Origin: Paramecium tetraurelia
Taxonomy: Eukaryota
Assembly: GCA_000165425.1 (NCBI GenBank)
Contig: CT868035.1
Coordinates: 1 to 64,000, forward strand
Length of the DNA stretch: 64,000 bases
Direction: 5' to 3'
Below the pieces are notes generated by a model, which was given only the letters and a program-made list of their open reading frames with translations, did no database searches and was not told where the DNA came from. Positions 11,801-23,832 of the stretch are shown piece after piece. The translations under genes and the position numbers were made by a program. The number at the start of each line of letters is the position of its first letter. The stretch's first letter is position 1.

Positions 11801-14800
11801 TTCCTAAGTTTCTCTATTTTTCTATTTATTTCTAATAGTATTAACTAATAAACTCATCATAAAAGTCATAACTTGTAAGATTGAATTCGTTCAATGCATC
11901 GCAAATAATTTCAACTATATTTTAGTTTTGAATTGCAGCCTTAACAAATGAGATGTCGGATGCCAAAAGGTTATGTTCAAATACCTTTATAAGTTTTGTA
12001 TTTAGATCATTAAATTCTTACGAAAGCTAAAATTGAATAGGAATTGAGTTTTCCTCTAATTTATTCCAAACTTCAAGAGCGATTTCTTAGTAGTTTATTT
12101 TATCCAAATTTTCAACATCAGTTGAAGTAACCTCTAATTTTTCGTCATAATTTTCATGCCAATGGTATTTGTCTATTTCATTATTAAATTCAATTAGATA
12201 TTTTTTCTATTACCATTTATACATTTGAATGAGATATTTACTTTTGTGGTGCTCTTTAAGCATATTTGAGAAATTTTTTATAAAATTTTATTTCAAATTA
12301 GTTAGCTCAGTTGCTTTTGCCATCATTTCTGGCAATACTTAAACTATTTTCTCTGTACGCAATAGGGGAGGGCTCAACCAATTTATTTAGATTTATCTAC
12401 TTCATCAACTTGTCATACTTTTCGACACTCCACAGTTTTTATAATTTTATGCTTAGACTTCTTAAAGCTTCATTACTTTTTAAAGCAATAAATTCATCAT
12501 TCTTCAAAAATTATTAAATGTTCTCTATTTATTTTTAATTCAACAGAGTCTCATCATTTAACTTTGATACTTCTTACTTTTTCAATTATTATAGTAATTT
12601 TTCCCAACAAATTTCAAACTTATTTATATCCATGACTCCTCGATTTGAAATTTCTGTTTACCATTCATATATTTCGAAAATCAACATTTTTATGCTTTGA
12701 ATTGTGAATTTTTTTAGGTATTCCATCATTTAGTTAGAATCAAATTTTAGTAGCTAGATTTCTTTTAATCTTTCCTTTTCATCAGGCGCAAACCATTTGG
12801 CATAATTACTACTTGTAAATATTTCACTTCTTGTGGTAAAAATAACTAGTGGGTCTGACCAATTCTACTTAACTTTATTATTAATATATAAATTTTTCTA
12901 AATATTTTCTAGTTTCATTTCATCATAACTGTCCATTATCAATAAAAATCCTGAAATCCTTCTTTTCCAGCATCTCCTTACATTCTTTCAATTAGAGCTC
13001 GTCAAACCCATACTCATCTTGACGAAGGGCTTCCTCTACTGCTTAAAAAACTGGATTTTTTAAAGAAGGCAAAGAGATATAAATAGGTATGAGTATTTGA
13101 TTACTAATTTTTTTGTTATTGTTTTGTAATTTCCAGATAAATTCTTCTATCTTCTTTGCTGTAGTACTTTTGCCAGATCCTGCTACGCCATGAATTAATA
13201 ATACTGTCTACTTCTGTTCTAATAAAAACTAATTCACTTCTCCTTCGGTATCATTTAATTATTCAAAATTCATCAAAATACTTGATTTTACTTCTTTCTT
13301 TTCCTCCGCTTAATGAAATATCTCTTAAGTTTATAAAGGAACATAAATGGACTTGACATTTTTGAATGCCGCTTCTTTCAATACTTTCCATTTTCTAATT
13401 TCAAACAGCTATTCAACAGATTTTCCCCTTAAAAATTTAATATCATTACCCATACTTTTGAGTTATTCTTTCATTTAATTGATTTTACCCTCAACTCTAA
13501 TCAAGCCTTTTCTAATATGATTTACAAAATCAGTTACCAATCTAAGTTGCAAACCCATTTCACTAATATTTTCTATGTATTCATCTAATTGCACCGTTGT
13601 TTCGTCCATTTCTTTCAACTGTAAATCTCGTTGGTTGAGATTGGCCTCATGAGAAATTTATTCTTATAATTTATCGATTTTATCCAACATCTACTACATT
13701 TTTTCTGCAATTTTATCATGTTAAGTCTACCAATTCCTTGACAAAATCTACATTTATATACTTATCAAATCTGCGTTTTTTAATAAATTACGAACTCTTG
13801 AATCTTTCTCCTCTGTCCACAGTTAGATTAGGGCATTTTAACAAAATTGCATCATTTTATCTGAAAAGCAATTTAAAGAAATCTATATTATTGTAAAAAC
13901 AAGACCCTATTTAATTTTCCATATATAATTATTGTCAAAATCTTAATATTTTTAAATTAATTCTCCAAGTAATCCTGATTTCTAATTTTATTCTTCATCA
14001 AATTCTTCTTCATTTTGCAGTAAGTAAATTTTTCTTAATTTTGAAATGAGAAATTCCTGATCAATTAAATGGTTTGTAAAAAACCCTAATTCATCTAATT
14101 TTTCCTTAATTTAAACCTTTAAATCATTCAAATCAATATTATTTTCCTATTAAGTAACCTCATTTACTTCTAAAGGTAAATTGTCTAAAATTGTTTGAAA
14201 TTAAAGTTGAAATTTTCCGTCTTCCTTTAGTTATTGTTTGACTTTTGCCCATTTCTATTACTCATAGCTCTTAATCAAGGTTAAAAAATACAAATAAAAT
14301 TTTTAATAGAGATTTGCTTGAACTTCTTATTTATACTTTTAAATTTGATCTAATTTGTCAGAAAAAAGAGTAATTTCCTCAAATAATTTTTACAAAAGTT
14401 CCCTTTCTTATTTAATTAATAATGCTTGTAATTTTACAACCTTAATCATGAATTATAAGAACACACTATATGTCTCTTTATTAAAATTCTTAAATTTTAT
14501 TTTATGTTACATCATTATCAATATCTCTAGGAAGTACATCTTTTTCAATTATTTGATGATTTTCTTTTTGTTTTGAAGTTTACTTATTCAGCTCAACTTC
14601 TTCCTATTTCTCTGTTTTTAATATTTATTGAGAAATCCTTCTCTTCACAACTCCCTATACCTCAATATTCTTACCTTACTAGTTTTAGTAATATTGTTTA
14701 TACTCACTTATTTTTCTTTCCAGGTCCCTCAGCTCCTCATTTATGAGTATTTGAAAAATTTCCTTATCTGTGCATTCAAAAGTTTTGAGAGTTTTAATGA

Positions 14801-17577
14801 CACTTTCTGTTTGACTGGTTAATTCCTCATAGTGCAAAATCTCAATTTAACCAATAGTTTTGTTTTTACTTGAATCCTAGATTTTGCTTAATTCAAGAAA
14901 CAAACTATCAAATTTCTCTAGCTCCAATCTCAATTTTAAGAAATTTAGCTTTTCTTCTGTTAGGTTTTTTATTGATTCTGTAAGAGAAACTGCTTCAATA
15001 ATTTTCATCATTTTATCCATTTGCTAAGAGGACGGAAATTCCTCTATCAATATTTCTCCGAATTCTTTTTCTATTAGCTCTAAATCTTAAATTTCTTCTG
15101 AAGTCAATTATTCTTCTATAGATAATTAAAATGAGAAATATTCTATTTATCCTTTTTATTTTGATAGCTTATGTTGATAATCTTATTCAGAAAATTAATT
15201 GGCTGTTAATTCATTAATAACATTTTTGTAAAAATTAATGTTGCAGCGAATAATTTTTTTTGGATACTCTTACACTACTGAAACTAAAAACTCCTTAAGA
15301 TTTACACATTCTTACAATTATTGTAATTCTTATGGTTCTGCTTATGCTAATATTGTGTAAAAAGAATTCCTAAATGCATCTACTTTTAAGTATATTTTTT
15401 AAAGTTTGAAACTAAAAGTTTAAATACAATGAATTATTTTTATGTCACCAAACTGTTATTTTATCTCTTTTAGATTTCCAGGTTTTGAAAGGGTGAAAAT
15501 TTCATATTTTATCCTTAAAGTCTCCTTAAGAATTAATATCAATTCATCACAATCCTTTTTTAGTTCTTAGTTCTTCTCATCATAGTGAGATATAAAGATT
15601 ATTCAAATAAAGTTTTCAAAACATTTATACCAAGTTATTATTATTTTGTAGGAAAGAAATTTCAATATTTTCTACTTCTTTTTTTAAATCAGCAATAAAT
15701 TAAATTAGATTTTAAGCTGCTTCTAAAAAATTTTTTTAATCAAGAGAATCATCTGGTAATGCAAGAAGCTTCATTTACAAATCATTAACCAAAGTCGCTT
15801 TTTTATCCTTTAGTTCAAGATTTTTTATTTCCTATAAAATAAATTCCTTTTGCTCCTTAAGTATTTTAATTGGATCGGTCTTATAATTTTAATTCAATGT
15901 ATGATTTTATTAATCATCAAAGCTAACTTTTAGTTCTTAAATTGAGAATAATAATACATATTCGAGTAGTTTCAACAAAAATTTAAGTTAAAAGAAATTA
16001 TTAAATTCAATTTTCTTGTTCTAATCGATTAGTTCAATTTAATCATTGTTTTTTCTAAAATTTAATTTCATAATTTTAATTAAATATTGAGTGTTTTTGA
16101 AATATTCTTCTAGGTTGAGAATCATCTTTTGTATTTATGAATTATACGTGCTTTGCGATATTCTCTCATTATACTACCTAGTATCTTTCATACAATTTCT
16201 ATATATTTTAACAACTACTCCCAAATTCTCATAATTTTTTTTCATTTTAGATAATAATTTATTTGGAATTATGAAACCTAAAAATTTTTTTATATTTTCG
16301 ATTGCCAAAATATTTTAATTTTTTTATGGTTCTTAACTTCCTACATTTAATTGGCATTTTAAATATGATCCAAATGTAAAAGGGATATTTTGAGATTGCT
16401 CAAACATAAGAAACTCTTTAAGTAATAAGAAGTTTTCCCATTCTTTAAAACAGTTTTCTAATATGAGTCCATCAAGTTAAAATAATCCTTATTTTTATAA
16501 TGAATTAAGTAAAATGACTGCTTAGTCAGGACTATGATCCATTTAAATAAGTAATCCTTTTCTCTAATATTCCTTCCAAATTTAATTTGATGTAACTGTA
16601 AAATTGAAAGAGTTAGCCAAATATGATAATTTTTATTTTGTTAATAGAGGATTATATATTAAGATTTTCCCAATCATTTATATCCAAAGGTAATGATATT
16701 TCCAAATATTTGAATTTTTCACAATTTTATTATAAATTGACTCAAGCTGTAAAATTATTTCTTCTAGATTTTACTATTTTTCATTCTTAAAATAACATAT
16801 TATCTCCCATTATAACATATCTATCTAATAATAAACTTCAAATTATTTTCGATTTTTATTAGCAACATACATTTTGTAAAGTAAGCAGGCTCCTTGAAAC
16901 AATGATTCTAGCAATTCATTATTTGGTTTCATTTAAATTATTGAACCAATAATACCATTTAAGCATCCTTTTAAAACTATTTCCTTTTCTTTCCTATTTT
17001 TTGGAGCAATCTCGAAAGAAGTTTTTATTAAGAAAAGATAGAGTTCCATTTAATTTTGGATTAAGTCATTTTTCTCTATTTCCATTTGTTATCTTAATTC
17101 ATCAGAAATATCCAAAAATTCCTTTTATAATTCACTTTTCATAAATCTCTCGCCATTTATTAAATGGAAGCTAAATATAACTTTAGATAAAGATGCTGTT
17201 GTCTATAAAATATACAAGCACTTAAATGAATCTGTTCTGATGTAAATTAAACAGCTTTTTAGTAATTTTCTGATTCCCTCTATAATTAAATCGTATGACT
17301 TCACAACACTTTAGGCATTTTTGCTTAGTTTATAGATAATTTCTTCTTAAAAATTAAACCACTGGATTGCAATCATAATTTCTTAAGATTCTGATTAATT
17401 AGCAGCAACAGCAGCCTTAGTTTAAATAATTTTGACATAGGAATCAAATTTAGCAATAAAATTTTATATGTCATAACTATCTGATTTGATGTGTTCTGTT
17501 TTTTGCGGAATGACACTGAAGGATCCGCAACCACCTCCGCGCAATGTAGATTTTGCTTAATGCATTTTGAATATCAT
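8886..17577 (-). CDS. Large NLR-like protein (~2870 aa): helical N-terminus, NACHT NTPase, pentapeptide-like repeats, 14 WD40 repeats; disrupted in this consensus
   Basis: ATG 17577 ([19 protein letters not shown]). Walker [10 protein letters not shown] 13163-13189; Walker [10 protein letters not shown] ~12920-12947; IFTTR and FVHKSIQEF motifs; WD40 array 9150-10910; TGA 8886-8888. Probable 22-nt intron 14489-14510, 28-nt insert at ~15600, frameshifts at ~12951 and ~12360. Confidence 0.9.
9150..10910 (-). repeat. 14 tandem WD40 repeats with exact 126-nt period
   Basis: The xWD/WN motif recurs every 126 nt (~9175, 9301, 9427 ... 10813). Consensus [42 protein letters not shown]. Confidence 0.97.
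10950..11110 (-). repeat. Pentapeptide-like repeats between NACHT and WD40
   Basis: [53 protein letters not shown]: five-residue periodicity. Confidence 0.75.
15600..15629. other. Candidate retained IES, 28 bp between TA repeats
   Basis: TATTCAAATAAAGTTTTCAAAACATTTATA. Removing 28 nt and leaving one TA restores the NACHT gene frame ([13 protein letters not shown]) and removes a TGA. Confidence 0.55.
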
Positions 17578-18515
17578 TTTTTCAAAAAAGATAAATAAAA
17601 ATTCCTCCAGTGTATAAAAATGTTTTGAAACCTCGATAAATATTAAACTCATAATAATATATTATATAAACATTGTTATTGATAAATTGCGATTTGCCAT
17701 GTATTCTTAATTTCATCTTGATTTGAGTTGATAACAAAATAGCATTGATTGATTTTCTGTATTATAAGCTACAATAATATTGTTTTTAAATTTTATCTTG
17801 AAGAAAACTGTGATTTGATATATTGATTTGAATTCACGAAATTGATGCTAAATAATGAATTCTTAACAGCAATTAGCTTCTCAAAGAAATTCTGATCAAA
17901 ACGCATAAAAACAAATTTTATAATAGTATTAAATCCTTGACGTCGCCATATTCACTAGGAATTTAGTAATTAAAATACGGTTTTTTTAGAGTTTCAATTA
18001 GAATAAAAATTATGTTTATAACTAATAAAAAAGTAGAAAGAACAATTCTTAGCATCATTTATTCAATGAAAAAAACAAATAAATTTGATCAAAGTTTAAT
18101 AATTAAAAATCAATTTTCCTTAACAAAGATATTCATTTCTTGTGATGTTTACAAGAACAAAGAATGATACCTATTGAAAGTTGTGGCAAATTTATCTTAC
18201 TTCAAATTTTTTCATACCTATCTTTTGAAGGATACTTTTTCACCTATTGAAACTTTAAGAAATTCTTAAAAATTATAAAAACTGAATGTTAAAAATTTTT
18301 GATGTTTGGATTAGGTCTTTTATAATTGTAAACCTATAACCCAACAAGTAGATTTTATATTCATAAACTAATTGATATTAATATTTAAACTATAAAATTT
18401 GCAATGATTCAGAGTAATTATTTAATATACCAAATAATTTAAGATTAAATTAAAATATTAAGGGATCATTTTTTTAATAAACTCAAATAGTTTTAAATGA
18501 TGAAAAAAAGGCAGG

Positions 18516-21003
18516 ATGCGAATTAATTATAGTTATCAACATAGATTATAAATAATTAATAATAATTATTTCCCAGTTTATGAAGGTTAAAAATTGTAAT
18601 TTGAAGTGTATTACATATTAAAGGCAATGGAGATACATATTTTCAATCTATTAGTTTGATGAAATAATTTTTTGAAGATTGCAAATAGAGTATTGTGATT
18701 ACATTATAAATTAGGGAAGCTTTTAGATTATGATTATCTAAAGGGGCAACCAATATAATTCTATGATAAAATACACGAAACCTACAAATATGCTATTTTT
18801 TCTTATATATGTAAAGGTTGGTACAAGTTAATAATTTCAATTAGGGATATCACTAGATTATTTATAAAAATACAAAGAGGCTATTTCTTGCTATGATCAA
18901 GCTCTTAAGTTAAATCCCCTAAATCAGGAATCATTTAAGTATAAAGGTATCCCTTAAATAAATAATATTATTAGGAATTTCTTTATCCTAACTTGGACAC
19001 AATGAGAAATCTCTTTAATGCTACAATTAATGTATAGAGCTAAATCAAAAAGACATAGAAATATATTATCGAAAAGGTAAATGAAATATTAAAAAGAGGA
19101 ATTTCATTACAGTTTTTAAATCGATTTGAAGAAGCTATAACATGTTATGATATAGCTCTATAATTTTCCTCTTAATTTATTGAGAATAATTAGGGTAATA
19201 ACCATCGTTCATTAATTAGTAAAAGCCCAGGTTTAAATTACTCAAAAGATAAAAAATCAATATGAAGATACCATTTCTACTTATAATGAATTTCTTGAGT
19301 AAAATCCAAAACATCTTTAAACCTATATTAACAAAGGTAAAATTAGATCATACTAATGTTTAGGAATATTACTAAGCTAATTAGAGAGATACGAAGAGGC
19401 TTTAATGTGCTATAATTAAGCAATCAATTTGAATGCAAGAAACTTTGATGCATTAAATGGCAAAGGTATGCAATAATTTATTCTATTAGGAATCTCATTA
19501 CATTATCTAAAAAGATATTAATTGGCACTTGATTGCTTTGATAAAGCTCTAAAAGTTAATGCTTCAGAGATTAGAGCACTTGTTAATAAAGGTAGTATAA
19601 GAACTTACATATTAAATTTTTAGGAATTTGCTTAACTCAATTAGATAGGTATTAAGAGGCAATAATATTTTATGATAAAGCCATCATGATAAGCAAAAGC
19701 TTACTTAACTATTTTATTTAAAAAGGTATCACATTGTTATTTTGTAAATAGGAATTCAATTATAAGAAATAATACTTTTTAATAAAGCTATTTAAAATAA
19801 TAAAGAAGAAGGTAATAGCTTTTTTAATCCGTTAGAATTTAAAGATAAATAACAATAATCAATTTAAACATTAACCTTCTCTGATTAGTAAATTAATTCA
19901 TTTACTTAAATTGATAAGATTTATCTTAATAAAGGTAATGTTTATTAATTTATTGTCTTTAGGTGTAGCATTAAGCTAATTATAAAACTATGAAGAATCT
20001 TTATTTTGTTATGAGTAGGCTCAAAAAATAAATGCCATTGATCCAGAATCTCATATTTAGAAAGGTATATTTAATCATTAATGAGGGATTGCTTTGTATT
20101 ATTTAAATCGATTTGGGGAATCAATTACTTGCTATGATTAAGCTATAAAATTGGACTCAAAAAATATCAAGTGTTATCTAAATAAAGGTATTATATAATT
20201 ATTCTATAAATGCAAAGGAATGGCTTTAAATCAATTAGACTAATACAATGAAGCTATAGTTTGTTTTGACAAGGCAATTTAAATAGATCCATAAGATTAT
20301 GAGATATTTTATAATAAAGGTATTTAAGATACTTAATTAGGTGTTTCATTACAATATTTAGAATAATACAATAGTGCTATGTATTGTTATGATCAAGCGC
20401 TGAAACTTAACCCAAAATATCCTGATTTATATATCAGTAAAGGTAGGAAGTATATCTTCATAAATAGGAATCTCCCTACATATGCTCAAACGATATGGTG
20501 AAGCTATCTAATAATATAATTATGCTATTGAATTGAACAAAGAAAATGCGGAAGCTTATTATAGAAAAGGTATTGATGACTGTTTAATAATAACATAGGA
20601 TTTTCATTATAAGTATTAAAGAAATATTAAGAGGCTCTGAATGCGTATGATCTTGCGCTTAAATTTAAGCCATAAGATATAAAGGTAATTATTAATAAAG
20701 GTAGTATATATTTTATTTGTTAGGGATATCTTTAAAAAAAACTTTTGATTTTTAATTGCTTAATGCTAATAGAATAACACCAAGAAGCGATAATTCAGTT
20801 TGATCAAGCTATTTTAATTAACCCAAATGAATTAGATGCTTATATTTGGAAGGGTAAATATTAAAATCATTTTAGGATTCTCACTAGAAAAATAGCATAT
20901 GTATGTAAAGGCAATCCAAACATATAGACAAGTGCAAATCTTATAAGGAAATTAGGAGAATGAATATTAATTAAATATTTTTGCTTGGCAAAAACAGCAC
21001 TGA
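18516..21003 (+). CDS. TPR-repeat protein encoded largely by 102-nt single-repeat exons
   Basis: Repeats such as GISLHYLKRYQLALDCFDKALKVNASEIRALVNK. About 19 short GT-AG introns, those in the repeat array phase 1. TGA 21001-21003. Start codon uncertain. Confidence 0.88.
20733..20762. other. Candidate retained IES, 28 bp between TA repeats
   Basis: Exon 20724-20853 is 130 nt instead of 102. Deleting 20733-20760 yields the 34-aa TPR GISLMLIEQHQEAIIQFDQAILINPNELDAYIWK. Confidence 0.65.
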
Positions 21004-21042
21004 GATAATTCAATTTATTATCAAAAATACAATACTATAATA

Positions 21043-22454
21043 TCATATTTTAATAATTTTTAACAATTTTGTTTTAATTTCATTTAAATTGAAATCATGA
21101 TTTACTTTTTGTTTAAATTATTTCTCTTAGCAATAATTCATGAATTAGCAAACGTGATATCCGCAAGAATAACTGTCAGTTTACTTACCAGAACATTCAG
21201 AGAACTACCTTTTAGGTTTCTCTATTTTTAGTAACTTTTCAAGTGTAATAATTAACTGATAATCTATGTTCATCTAATCAGTAGTAGTAGGCTTTTATAA
21301 TGAGTCAAAAACTGTACAAACATTCTGTTTTAAATCAAAAAGTAGAAAATACCAATGATAGTTATTCTTGTTGACAGGCATACCTATTTATGAGTATATT
21401 TCTTTTAGGTCATAATTCAGATCTTTAAATTATAGTAATTCAGCTTCAAAGATGTCCTTTGTATGTTAATCAGTATAATTTCTTCCAAAATTAGTAGTCA
21501 GAGTAGTTGGTAAAAATAGGATCCTATTTATATTTTATCGATTAATTGTTTTCTATGAAAAATAAGTATTTTCACTTTCTAAATTAAGATACAAAACATA
21601 AGCATCGATAATACTGCTTGTTAATCGTCGATTATTTTCTAAAATCTAAATATCCTTTAAAGAAATTTGTTAGTTATATTTGCACCAACTTTCACAAAAG
21701 AGTGATTAGTTTTGATACTTGTTAACTTAATTGTAATTATTTACTTATAAACCTGTTTAAGCATCAATTATTCTAATCTTTTTGTTAGGGGCGCTTTTTG
21801 ATCTTTAATTTCTTCCATCATCCTTAAAAATACCATTTTCAAATTATCCTTAAAATTTAATAAGAGTAGATTTGCCACAATACTCTTTTCCATTGCCATG
21901 TAATATGAATTCTTTTTTACTTAAGCAAACCATAAATGAGCCTTCTTGAATTTTAAATTTTGGGTTCATATCGTTATCAAATTCAGTAAAATATAACTTC
22001 CCATTTTATACATAATACTATTATGTATTTGAAAAATATTACAATTAAGGCTGTGAGTTGAAATAAAACAGTAATTTCTCAATCATTAAAAGATTCTATT
22101 TAGATTAATTAGTAGAAATAAGATCATATTTTAATTACTCAGCTTAAGTTAAAAAGTTCCTCGGGTCGTTATTTGAAGGTAATTACTAATCATAGATTTA
22201 ACTTGTAGGTATTTTTTGTGAAGGGTTGATAATTGATATTTCACTTACTTTTTATGAAATTTTATTTTATTCTTCAGTTTTGGATTATATATTTATAGGG
22301 TAATAATTATACTATAATTTTTATTGAGTTGAATTGAAATAATTCGATCTTCTATTTCTAAAAAATGAAATGATTATTACGGCGAGATTGATTGAATTTT
22401 TTTAATTCCTTATTCACTTGATACATCTGATATTCGGTAATTTTTGTCGCTCAT
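21043..22454 (-). CDS. Ulp1/SENP-family (C48, clan CE) cysteine protease, ~462 aa
   Basis: ISLKDIQILENNRRLTSSIIDAY; MPVNKNNYHWYFLLFD (catalytic His); VFDSL (Asp); KQTDSYSCGYHV (Gln/Cys). One 23-nt intron 22358-22380; TGA 21043-21045. Confidence 0.85.
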
Positions 22455-23832
22455 ACAGAAAAATTTGCAATAAATTTATAATTATAAATCTCAATATTTT
22501 GATTAAGAATTTAAGTTTGTTGTAAAATTTATACTAGAGGTATAAAAATTTCTATATGATTTTGAATTAATTCTGATCTAATTCTCTCAAGTCTACAACA
22601 AGACTGTTAAGACAATTAGTACAAAAATAATAATTAATGCGCTTTGTTACCCACCAAGATGCTCCAATAAAGTTATAAGTTTAAGTATTATAATTAATGC
22701 ATAAACATAATTCAATTCAAAAGCAATTATAATTCTTTATTAAAGTATTGCTTAATAGTTTCTTATATTATTTCAATTATGGTTTGATCACAGTGGAATC
22801 AATATTTATTAATTGAGCAATTTCTTTCTATTTAAATGAAAATTTTAAGCTAACTGAGTAAGTCATTAAATAAATAATGTACAATCAGGCAAAATCAAGA
22901 CTTTAAAAGTTATATTCAAAATTTCTAGGTCTCTTCTTATCTTGCATTTAATAAATTATTTACAGACAAATACTTATCGATTATAAGGATTATTGTTTTA
23001 ATTATTAAATCCGAGAAAAAGAAGAATATTAATAAATAAGGTAAACCTCAAGGATAATATATTTTCATTTTATTTCCATTGAAAATAAATCTATTGTAAT
23101 TTCATTAAAATAGTTCTTAGTAAAATCTATTAGGCTTGTTGATATTGAATTATCAATAAAAATTCCTAACTTCATTACGTATATCCTAGTATAAAAGGAA
23201 AGGATAAAACCATTTAATCACATTTGATGACATGATTAATAAATTAGAACGAAAAGATTAGAATTTAGAATCAACAAAAAAGAGCTCTTTAATAGAGTTA
23301 AGACTTCTCTCTTATTATATTTCTTTATTTGGCAATAATATAAAATTAAATTTTGAAATTCATTCATAATCGAGAGTAAATGACTAGAAAACATCTATAT
23401 TAGTAATATATTAATTAGATTGTCTAAATGAAAATTTATACATAATTATTAGAATGTAGAGTTTGGCAATTAGAGCTGCGATGTTATAATTAATGCACAA
23501 GAATGGCAATTTTTCTGAATATTTTTATAAGAAATTCGCTTTGCCCTTCTTCCTTCACTTGAACATAAATACATATGACTTTTAATATGTTGCCGAGTTG
23601 ATTAAAAATATCAAAGGAACTTAAGTGGAAAATTACAAATAATTATAATTTGATCTTAGATGGAATAAAATATATCTGAATGATTCCCTATAGTATATCG
23701 CTTGAATAATTTCACTCAAATTGGGCTCTTGCTCATTATAGAAATGAATTAATTTGTGATTAGGCAATAATAAAAAAAAAATGAGTTAAAATTGTTTAAT
23801 AAATTTTCCCTATATAAATTCAATAATCAAAA

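Noticed and set aside
14489..14510. Third frame change in the NACHT gene as another IES
   Set aside because: A 22-nt GT-AG intron explains it more simply.
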